Assembly (NCBI GenBank): GCA_964501905.1
Contig: CAZCTW010000002.1
Span: forward strand, 67,821 to 131,820
Source of the DNA: an uncultured Thermofilaceae archaeon
GTDB lineage: Archaea > Thermoproteota > Thermoprotei > Thermofilales > B69-G16
Reading direction: 5' to 3'
Length of the DNA stretch: 64,000 nt
This document shows, piece after piece, positions 57,149 through 64,000 of this stretch (positions are counted from its first letter, which is position 1; each line of letters opens with the position of its first letter). Below the pieces are notes generated by a model that was not told the DNA's origin, did no database searches, and saw nothing but the letters and a program-made list of their open reading frames with translations. The translations under genes were made by a program, and so were the position numbers.

Positions 57149-57935
57149 ACCAGGGTTGTTCAGGTTCTCCTCTTCTCCTCTCCTTTACCCTTTCCCACAG
57201 TTCTCTGAGTTTAACCATTTCTTCCTCTTTTCTCTTGAAGTCCCTTATCATTTTGTCTAAGTCTTCTAGACTGATCTTTATTTTTAGGATCTCTACTAAC
57301 GCTTTAACTATTTCCCTAGCCGCCTCCGGATCTACATAAGTCCTTTGAACAGCACCCATGAGTATGAACGTTTTAAAACCCCTTATCTTAGCCAGTCCCG
57401 GCAATACTCCACATGCTCCCGTAACGGAACCGCTGGATGAGACCTTAAATCCGAGTTTTTTAAGATATTCTAAAGTTTCGGGATCGTCAGCTGTGCAGAA
57501 AACTCTACTCTCCTCCCCCGCGGCAGTAGTGCCGCACACAGCGATCACCATTTTGCCTCCCATCTTCTCAAAATACTCTAGGACCTTCCCCGCGACCTCG
57601 TACTGACCCCAAGCGACTGGTTGAGTGTTTCCGGCTAGGAATATAACGTCGTGTTCCTCTCCTCTGTACAGATAAAACTCGTACCTCGGCAGGTTAAATG
57701 TGCCGTCTATCTCTATGAATATCCCGGCGTTTCCTTGAGGTAGCAATAGGTGGGATGAATAAAGCTCGGCTATCTTAGGCAATTTAAGCTCCTCAATTAT
57801 ATAGTCCACCGCTAGCTTACCCACTAAGCCCAAGCCCGGCAATCCCTGCACTAGTATCGGTTCTTTAAGCTTCGGCGTTTCATATTCTACAAGTTTAATA
57901 AACGCCATTCTAATGCCCAAACCTATGAGGAGCAT
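57141..57935 (-). CDS. PAC2-family (proteasome assembly chaperone 2-like) protein
   Basis: PILVQGLPGLGLVGKLAVDYII pattern and a helical charged C-terminal tail. It overlaps the DUF2085 gene by 8 nt. Confidence 0.7.
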   Translation of the reverse strand: MLLIGLGIRMAFIKLVEYETPKLKEPILVQGLPGLGLVGKLAVDYIIEELKLPKIAELYSSHLLLPQGNAGIFIEIDGTFNLPRYEFYLYRGEEHDVIFLAGNTQPVAWGQYEVAGKVLEYFEKMGGKMVIAVCGTTAAGEESRVFCTADDPETLEYLKKLGFKVSSSGSVTGACGVLPGLAKIRGFKTFILMGAVQRTYVDPEAAREIVKALVEILKIKISLEDLDKMIRDFKRKEEEMVKLRELWERVKERRRGEPEQPWYV

Positions 57936-58012
57936 TAAACTATTAAATGTTGCCTTAAGCCTGTAATCTCATGCAAATATATTTTAAAATCAAAATCTAA
58001 ATATAAACGCTG

Positions 58013-58064
58013 ATGATGAGACTGTTCCCAAACCGAGCGGATGAGGCTTCTCCTCCTTTGCTGA
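58013..58064 (+). ncRNA. Candidate C/D box sRNA in the leader of the HerA-like gene
   Basis: C box AUGAUGA (58013-19), a 13-nt guide, D' CCGA (58033-36), a 4-nt spacer, C' AUGAGGC (58041-47, 5/7 match), a 13-nt guide UUCUCCUCCUUUG and D box CUGA (58061-64). An AT-rich TATA-like stretch at 57977-57990 lies about 25 nt upstream. Confidence 0.35.
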
Positions 58065-58085
58065 CTTTAAGCTCGAGGCGGAAAA

Positions 58086-59285
58086 ATGCAGGTTAAATCT
58101 AAACGCGGAGATGAAGTTAGACTATACTGCGACTTGGAAGAGAGAGTGGAAATAGGCGAACTCATAGAAATCTCAGAGGAAGATAGGAGCGTTGTAGTTC
58201 AAATATTAGATATAGAACAGGACTCCGAGCTCATCCTATCTGGGGAGAAAGGGAGAGAGGTTTTAGCTAAAATAAGACTTGAAGGCATAGGCGGAGAGAG
58301 CCGCGTGTACAAAGAGTGGAGCGGATGGTTCCCCTCCACACCCGTGCTGGTGAAAAAGGTAAGTGCAAGCAGGATCCTGGCGCCAAACATTTGGCAGGAA
58401 AGTCTCCCTCTCGGCTATGAGAGAAACAGCGAGGAACTTTTCCAAGTATCTCTCCAGAACCTTAGAACATTAAACATTGTAGCAGGATTTCGCTCTGAGA
58501 ACCTACTAGCTACGTTAGCCGCTATTCTTTGCCTTAAGGGTTACAGGGTGATAGTATTCGATAGTACTGGGCGTTTCGCTAAGTTAATAAGGAGAAGCTT
58601 TAGAGAAAGGTTCCGGCGCTTTACAGTCGGAGACGAGATAAAACTTCCCATAGCCGAGCTAGGAGGAGTGTGGAGGGATTTTCTAAGTATTTACGGGTGG
58701 ACTGAGCCTCTAATCACCATGTTCGATAGCGTTTATAAAAGCTTTAAAAAATCGAAATCTCTATCCTTTAAGAGTATAGTTAGAGAACTATCCCTTAGAA
58801 AAGATACGGAGCTATTCGTGGATTTCCTCTGCTCACTAAATGAAGTACTAACTGATGAACACGACGAAATCAATCTGGGCAGGCATGTTATATTAGATCT
58901 TTCGAAGTGTGATAGCCCGTCCGCGCTGCTTACAATTCTGCATCGTCTTATCAAACAAGACTACAACTTTTTACTGATCAATAATATTCAAGCTCTTCAC
59001 GTACCGGATTTAGAGAAGCTAGCCCGATTACTAATATCTAAAAAAGACGCAGTGTTTATCGATATAGGCGTCGACACAGAGGCGAGCGTACTGCTCCGCT
59101 ACGCTGTAAACTTATTCTTTACAGGTCCTTACAATAGGCTTTTAGAAGATCTATTCCCCCTGCTAGAGAATGAAGAACCGCTACTACGCAAGCTATCCTC
59201 CGAGGAATTCCTAATCAACGGGTTTTTAACCAAGAATACACCTGTAATACTGACTATGCTCAGACCGGAAGACTTCCTAGGATGA
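58086..59285 (+). CDS. HerA/FtsK-like protein with inactivated P-loop (pseudo-ATPase)
   Basis: N-terminal HAS-barrel-like segment (GELIEISEEDRSVVVQILDI). The region aligned to the window's own HerA Walker A ([36 protein letters not shown]) reads LNIVAGFRSENLLATLAAILCLKGYRVIVFDST. The Walker B position (FIFVEEAH) reads FLLINNIQALH. Confidence 0.6.
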   Translation: MQVKSKRGDEVRLYCDLEERVEIGELIEISEEDRSVVVQILDIEQDSELILSGEKGREVLAKIRLEGIGGESRVYKEWSGWFPSTPVLVKKVSASRILAPNIWQESLPLGYERNSEELFQVSLQNLRTLNIVAGFRSENLLATLAAILCLKGYRVIVFDSTGRFAKLIRRSFRERFRRFTVGDEIKLPIAELGGVWRDFLSIYGWTEPLITMFDSVYKSFKKSKSLSFKSIVRELSLRKDTELFVDFLCSLNEVLTDEHDEINLGRHVILDLSKCDSPSALLTILHRLIKQDYNFLLINNIQALHVPDLEKLARLLISKKDAVFIDIGVDTEASVLLRYAVNLFFTGPYNRLLEDLFPLLENEEPLLRKLSSEEFLINGFLTKNTPVILTMLRPEDFLG

Positions 59286-60463
59286 TAAACGTGTTGTTTT
59301 CCAGGTTATACGTAGGGACTTCAGGTTGGGATTACGAAGATTGGATAGGCCCTTTTTATAGCAGTGAGAAACACTTATTCTTCCAATACTCTGAAGTATT
59401 CAATACTGTCGAAATAAACTCGACGTTCTACTCTTATCCATCAGCTAACTTCATCAAAGGATTAGCTAGAGTAGCCCCTCTCGGTTTTAAGTTTTCAGCT
59501 AAAATACCTAGAGAAATAACCCACAAGAAGAAGCTAAACCCCTCTCTTGGAATTGAAAACGATTTAAAACGTTTCCTGGAGATAATGCACCCCTTAAAAG
59601 CTAGCGGAAAGCTCGGAGCATTCCTCGTCCAACTCCCCCCTTTAGCTAGAAAAGACCTACACCACTTCGAAGATTTCTTAAACATATTACCAACAGAGAA
59701 GTACAGGTTTGCTGTAGAATTTAGACATGAGTCCTGGCTCTGCGAGCAAATTTACTCCCTCTTGGAGAAGTACAACGTCGCCTTCACAATCGTGGACGAA
59801 CCGCTTCTACCCCCCGTGATCAAAGTTACCGCGGGCTTCGCCTATATAAGGTGGCATGGGAGAGGCAAAAGACCCTGGTATTACTACATGTATTCCATCA
59901 AAGAACTCGAGGAGTGGAAGCCAAGAGTTAAAAAAGTCATGGAGGAAACAGGCATAGTTTTCGGATATTTCAATAACCATTTCAGGGGGTATGCTCCCGC
60001 AAACGCTCTTCAAATGCTAAACCTCCTCGGTATAATCAATAGAAACCAGCGTAGAAAACTAAAGGAGATAGAATACTATTTCAACAGGAGAATAGCGGAA
60101 CTAATTAAGGAAAAAGCTAGGAAAATCCAACCCGAAAAAGTGAGCCTGGAGGATCTGCTCCTACTCTTTTTAGACAAAAAACGCTTAGAAAGAGGTAGAG
60201 AAATCCCCGACTCACAGGTTAAAATACTCGAGGCTAGCGACTCATTAATAAAGGCAAGAGTGAAAAACTATACGATAATTATAGATTTCAAAAATAAAAC
60301 AATTCTACACGACTGCGCGGACTGGGAGAAACGCTGCACTTCAATGCAATTCTGCAAACATATGGCAAAGCTATTCCTAACCATTCCGGGAAAACTTGCA
60401 CGAGAAACTCTGGCAAAAATAGCAGGCGAACTAGACGAATGGGAATTTAAAACAAAAACTTAG
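59282..60463 (+). CDS. DUF72 (YecE/UPF0759 TIM-barrel) protein fused to a C-terminal SWIM-type zinc finger
   Basis: LYVGTSGWDYEDWIGPFY is the DUF72 N-terminal signature. The C-terminal LHDCADWEKRCTSMQFCKHMAKL fits the SWIM pattern (C/H-x-C-xn-C-x-H). Its ATG overlaps the stop of the upstream gene (ATGA). Confidence 0.8.
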   Translation: MINVLFSRLYVGTSGWDYEDWIGPFYSSEKHLFFQYSEVFNTVEINSTFYSYPSANFIKGLARVAPLGFKFSAKIPREITHKKKLNPSLGIENDLKRFLEIMHPLKASGKLGAFLVQLPPLARKDLHHFEDFLNILPTEKYRFAVEFRHESWLCEQIYSLLEKYNVAFTIVDEPLLPPVIKVTAGFAYIRWHGRGKRPWYYYMYSIKELEEWKPRVKKVMEETGIVFGYFNNHFRGYAPANALQMLNLLGIINRNQRRKLKEIEYYFNRRIAELIKEKARKIQPEKVSLEDLLLLFLDKKRLERGREIPDSQVKILEASDSLIKARVKNYTIIIDFKNKTILHDCADWEKRCTSMQFCKHMAKLFLTIPGKLARETLAKIAGELDEWEFKTKT

Positions 60464-60492
60464 GCCAAACCCATGAACCGAACTCGCCCTCG

Positions 60493-61242
60493 TCAGTAAG
60501 GCTTTATTATCCTCGCCTTAACTCTGTACAAGGTTCCCGCGTAATCATCTACCCACATGTGCTCAAACAACGCGGCATACTCTCTCAGAACCTCCTCCTC
60601 GCTCGACACAAAACCCCCCTTAACCTTCATCTTAACTATATAGCCGAAGAAAATCCTCGAATCTAAAACCCCCAAAAGCAACGGCCTTGCAGGCTCTATA
60701 TACCTTATATAGCCTGGCGGCTCAACAGGCGAACTTATAAAAACCTCGTCGCTCGTAGCCACTCTCACGTCAACCCCTCCTCCACTCGCATGCTCAATAC
60801 TATTCACGGCTTTCCTACTCAACAGCGAAAAATTAGGCACATAAAGCCAAATCCTAACCTTACAGATTCCAAGATTCCTCTCCAACTCCCGCTTTAGCGA
60901 TGCTCCATCAACAAAGTAGAACGTGCCTCCAATCCTCTTACCCGCCAGTAAACCGTTTATCTGCCCTAGGACATCCTCTAAGCGGCGAACTCTCTCCTTA
61001 ACCAACTCCTCGAAAATCCTCTCATCCGTAGTTATAGTATACCGCGTAGGCTTACCCTCAACTTTTAACACCAAGCCTTGAACAACTAACTCCCTAAGCG
61101 TAGTATAAAGGTGAGGTCTAGGAATCCCCGTCATCTCAACTAGCTCATCCACAGTCAATGGTTCATGCTCAGCCAAAATAGCTAAAACTTTAGCCTTTCT
61201 CGGGGAAAAACCCAAGTCGATTAAACCCTCCTCCACCCCCAT
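60493..61242 (-). CDS. TrmB-family transcriptional regulator
   Basis: LGFSPRKAKVLAILAEHEPLTVDELVEMTGIPRPHLYTTLRELVVQGLV is the TrmB N-terminal wHTH. It is divergent from fbp. Confidence 0.8.
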   Translation of the reverse strand: MGVEEGLIDLGFSPRKAKVLAILAEHEPLTVDELVEMTGIPRPHLYTTLRELVVQGLVLKVEGKPTRYTITTDERIFEELVKERVRRLEDVLGQINGLLAGKRIGGTFYFVDGASLKRELERNLGICKVRIWLYVPNFSLLSRKAVNSIEHASGGGVDVRVATSDEVFISSPVEPPGYIRYIEPARPLLLGVLDSRIFFGYIVKMKVKGGFVSSEEEVLREYAALFEHMWVDDYAGTLYRVKARIIKPY

Positions 61243-61263
61243 ATCTTAAACCTCGCTTTAAAT

Positions 61264-61284
61264 TACTACCGAATAGTAGTACTA
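61264..61284. promoter_or_regulatory. Nested dyad symmetry (TACTAC-N6-GTAGTA, overlapping TAGTACTA) in the trmB-fbp divergent intergenic region; candidate operator
   Basis: Read directly from aattactaccgaatagtagtactaac. It lies between the TATA-like tttaaa (trmB side) and aaatatata at about 61295 (fbp side). Confidence 0.35.
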
Positions 61285-61335
61285 ACACCAGGTAGAAATA
61301 TATACTCCCTCCGCATTGCAGGCATCGGTGAAAAA

Positions 61336-62478
61336 ATGAAGATCACCGTAAGCCTTATAAAAGCCGACATAGGCGGACTAGTAGGACACAGCACAGTCCA
61401 CCCCAAACAAATAGAATTAGCCAAAAAGAAACTGCAAGAAGCTAAAGAAACCGGGCTACTAATCGATTACTACGTCTTTAACGTAGGTGACGACGTCCAA
61501 CTCCTAATGACCCACACCAAAGGAGAAAGCAATCCTGAAATACACAAACTAGCCTGGGACACTTTCGTCGAAATAACAGAAAAGGTAAGCAAACCCCTAA
61601 AACTATACGGAGCCGGACAAGACCTACTAGCCGAAGCCTTCAGCGGAAACGTTAGAGGAATGGGACCTGGAGTAGCCGAAATGGAAATAGAAGAAAGAAA
61701 AAGCGAACCAATCATAGTATTCGCTGCTGACAAAACAGCACCCTCGGCCTGGAACTTCCCACTCTACAAGATGTTCGCAGACCCATTTAACACCGCAGGA
61801 TTAGTTATTGACCCTAGTATGCACGATGGATTCAAATTCGAAGTCATGGATACTCTCGAAGACAAAGTAGTAATCTTAAACGCCCCAGAAGAACTCTACG
61901 ACCTCCTAGCCCTAATAGGCTCCTATGAAAGATACGTAATAAGGAGAGTATGGAGAAAGAAAGACAACTTAATCGCCGCCGTAGCCAGCGTAACCAGGCT
62001 AAGCCTAATCGCTGGCAGATACGTAGGAAAAGATGATCCAGTACTAATAGTCAGAGCCCAGCACGGACTTCCCGCAGTAGGAGAAATACTAGAAGCATTC
62101 GCCTTCCCACACCTCGTCGAGGGTTGGATGCGCGGCTCGCACACTGGACCATTAATGCCGGTTGGTTTAAAGGATGCTCGGTGTACTAGGTTTGATGGTC
62201 CGCCTAGGGTTGTTAGCTTGGGTTTCCAGTTACATGACGGTATTCTTGAGGGACCAAGGGATATGTTCGATGATCCGGCGTTTGATTATACTAGGAGGAT
62301 TGCTCAGGAGATTGCGGATTATATTAGGAGGCATGGACCGTTTGAGCCTCATAGGCTGCCAAGCGCTGAAATGGAATATACTACGTTGCCTGGCGTTTTA
62401 GAGAAGTTAAAGGATAGGTTTGTTCCCGCTGAGAAGATAGAGGCGAAGATTAAGAAAAGTGGCGAGGTTTACGAATAA
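61336..62478 (+). CDS. fbp: Fructose-1,6-bisphosphate aldolase/phosphatase (class V FBPase)
   Basis: MKITVSLIKADIGG...HGLPAVGE...MRGSHTGPLMPV are blocks of the archaeal bifunctional FBPA/P. Length is 380 aa. Confidence 0.95.
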   Translation: MKITVSLIKADIGGLVGHSTVHPKQIELAKKKLQEAKETGLLIDYYVFNVGDDVQLLMTHTKGESNPEIHKLAWDTFVEITEKVSKPLKLYGAGQDLLAEAFSGNVRGMGPGVAEMEIEERKSEPIIVFAADKTAPSAWNFPLYKMFADPFNTAGLVIDPSMHDGFKFEVMDTLEDKVVILNAPEELYDLLALIGSYERYVIRRVWRKKDNLIAAVASVTRLSLIAGRYVGKDDPVLIVRAQHGLPAVGEILEAFAFPHLVEGWMRGSHTGPLMPVGLKDARCTRFDGPPRVVSLGFQLHDGILEGPRDMFDDPAFDYTRRIAQEIADYIRRHGPFEPHRLPSAEMEYTTLPGVLEKLKDRFVPAEKIEAKIKKSGEVYE

Positions 62479-62486
62479 AGCCCAAA

Positions 62487-62506
62487 TTTTTCTTTCTTTA
62501 TTTTTT
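62487..62506 (+). terminator. Oligo-T tract (tttttctttctttatttttt) 9 nt after the fbp stop; archaeal intrinsic terminator candidate
   Basis: T-runs read directly downstream of the TAA at 62476-62478. Confidence 0.5.
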
Positions 62507-62846
62507 ATAATGTTTTGAAGATCTGGGCGGTCTCTCATTCTCAAACTAGGGGATTTTCGAGTTTGAAATAGGAATTACCTGAGGATTATACTATCAGGTT
62601 TATGGCGAAGCAACCCGACACATTTTTTGTGTTGATAATTAATGAACAATTTACGGGACTTGTTAAGAGCACTATGATATGGTAGTTTGAAGAAGTAAGA
62701 GGCTTTGATTGCAGAGTATTTGATTGATGAAAAACATAATTTTAGATATTATTTGGTTACTTTAATGAAACTGGGTTGGATTAATGAGTTTAATAGTTAC
62801 AAAGTGTTTAGATAAGGTTATATTTTAGTTAGCGTTTTGGTTTATT

Positions 62847-63965
62847 ATGTTTGCGAAAACAGTGTACTCTAAGCGCGTAGAGTCTCTTTTTTCGAAGTTG
62901 GAGATTGAGGGTGTTGAGGCCGTTGTTTTAACGAATCTCTATAATAGCTTTTACTTTACTGGTTTTGACTATGCGCTGGCTACTGTTTTGATTAAGGCCG
63001 CCGAGCCCGTGGTTCTTGTTCCTAGGTTGGAGTATTTCAGGGCGAAGAACGAGATTGTTTATGGGGAAGTGATAGGGGTTAGCTCCTTTGAAGCTGAGAC
63101 TGGCCCCTATGAGAGGGTGTTTGTTGGGAAGACTTGGGATTTGGTTAGGAATGTTTTGAGCGAGTACGGGGTACGCGGTAAAGTAGGAGTAGATAAATCC
63201 GGTCTCAGAGTGGATGATTACAATAGACTGATGAAGGCTTTAGGCTCTGAGCCCGTGGACGTTACTAAAAGCGTGACTAGTTTAAGAGCTATAAAGTCCG
63301 AAGAGGAAGTCGAGGCTATTAGGAAGGCTATAGGAATTGCGGAGAAGGCTATGAAAAGAGCTCTGGATTGCCTCGAGAAGGGAGTTACTGAGGAAGAGAT
63401 TGCCGCCGAGATTGACAGGGTTTTCAGGCTTAATCACGCAGACCGCTCCTTCAACACTATAGTGGCCTTCGGGGAGAACGCGGCTTATCCCCACGCTAAG
63501 CCTGGGAGTAGAGAGTTGAAGAGTGGGGATTTAGTTGTTATAGATTTAGGAGCTAAAGTGGATGGCTACTGTAGCGATATAACTAGGACTTTTGTTTGTG
63601 AAAAGGCTTCGGAGAAACAAAAGAGGATTTTTAACGCTGTTTTAAAGGCTCAACGCGCCGCTATCGAATCCGTTAAATCGGGGGAGAAGGCTAAAGATGT
63701 AGATAAGGTGGCTAGGGACGTTTTAAGAGAGTACGGACTAGCCGCCTATTTTAACCACGGTTTAGGTCATGGTGTTGGAATCGAGATACATGAGCAGCCG
63801 ACTTTAAATCCAGCAAGTAATGACGTACTGCTGAACGGGATGGTGGTTACAGTAGAGCCAGGGGCTTACTTAGCGGGCTATGGAGGAGTTAGGATAGAAG
63901 ATGTGGTGCTGGTAGTGGAAGGAGGATGTGAGGTACTGACCAGTTTTGAGCGCGTATTTCTCTAA
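62847..63965 (+). CDS. Xaa-Pro dipeptidase / aminopeptidase P family (M24B)
   Basis: Pita-bread metal ligands are DLGAKVDGYCSDITRT, HGLGHGVGIEIHE, VEPG and RIED. Length is 372 aa. Confidence 0.9.
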   Translation: MFAKTVYSKRVESLFSKLEIEGVEAVVLTNLYNSFYFTGFDYALATVLIKAAEPVVLVPRLEYFRAKNEIVYGEVIGVSSFEAETGPYERVFVGKTWDLVRNVLSEYGVRGKVGVDKSGLRVDDYNRLMKALGSEPVDVTKSVTSLRAIKSEEEVEAIRKAIGIAEKAMKRALDCLEKGVTEEEIAAEIDRVFRLNHADRSFNTIVAFGENAAYPHAKPGSRELKSGDLVVIDLGAKVDGYCSDITRTFVCEKASEKQKRIFNAVLKAQRAAIESVKSGEKAKDVDKVARDVLREYGLAAYFNHGLGHGVGIEIHEQPTLNPASNDVLLNGMVVTVEPGAYLAGYGGVRIEDVVLVVEGGCEVLTSFERVFL

Positions 63966-64000
63966 TAGTTGTTTTCATCTTATACATAGGCGGAAGTATG

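Noticed and set aside
62725-62800. C/D-box-like strings (UUGAUGA ... UAAUGAA) in the fbp-downstream spacer
   Set aside because: There is no CUGA D box at the required 12-13-nt distance, and the D' candidate UAGA matches only 2 of 4 positions. These are more likely copies of the TTAATGA repeat reported above.
1-64000. Search for tRNA, rRNA, SRP or RNase P RNA genes, CRISPR arrays and mobile elements
   Set aside because: No GC-rich structured islands stand out in the intergenic regions, as would be expected for stable RNAs in a ~44% GC thermophile. I saw no repeat-spacer arrays and no integrase, transposase or terminal inverted repeats. Absence is judged by eye only.

Overview
This is a gene-dense chromosomal segment with about 66 protein genes, roughly 90% coding, on both strands. 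There are no rRNA or tRNA genes, no CRISPR array, and no integrase or transposase. It reads as a hyperthermophilic archaeon of the Thermoproteota/Crenarchaeota type. Supporting signs are FBP aldolase/phosphatase, Taw1 plus Taw3 wyosine genes, a nurA-herA-mre11-rad50 operon, archaeal GlyRS, AT-rich TATA boxes 25-30 nt upstream of many starts, and AGG/AGA/ATA-rich codon usage.

All calls come from reading the supplied translations and the DNA by eye. No database search or program was run, so family names are motif-level recognitions.

Recognisable content:
- DNA end-resection operon.
- [NiFe]-hydrogenase maturation genes (hypA, an Mrp-type hypB, hypC, hypE, hypD) next to nikR and an FmdE-like gene.
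- SufC and a SufB/D-family gene.
- An NfeD-stomatin-phosphoesterase operon.
- ThiI, a class II HMG-CoA reductase, and a GlmS/GlmU-like pair.
- dCTP deaminase, MobB, a TrmB-family regulator divergent from fbp, and several transporters.

Observations that deserve a second look:
1. The Rad50 has no cysteine at all, so it cannot form a zinc hook. It carries a two-helix hydrophobic hairpin exactly at the coiled-coil apex.
2. A HerA-like protein with Walker A and Walker B both destroyed is translationally coupled to a DUF72-SWIM fusion. It sits opposite an operon of a YprA/MrfA-like SF2 helicase (cysteine-less DUF1998-like tail), a DUF2085 membrane protein and a PAC2 protein.
3. There is an abrupt strand-composition polarity switch inside the fbp coding sequence near 62.14 kb. 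Plus-strand G+T goes from about 32% to about 66%. About 330 bp downstream lies the largest non-coding spacer of the window, which is C-poor and carries hairpins and a repeated TTAATGA motif.
4. Two candidate C/D box sRNAs.
5. An ABC ATPase gene carrying both a frameshift and a nonsense codon.
6. A divergent archaeo-eukaryotic primase with a long helical tail.
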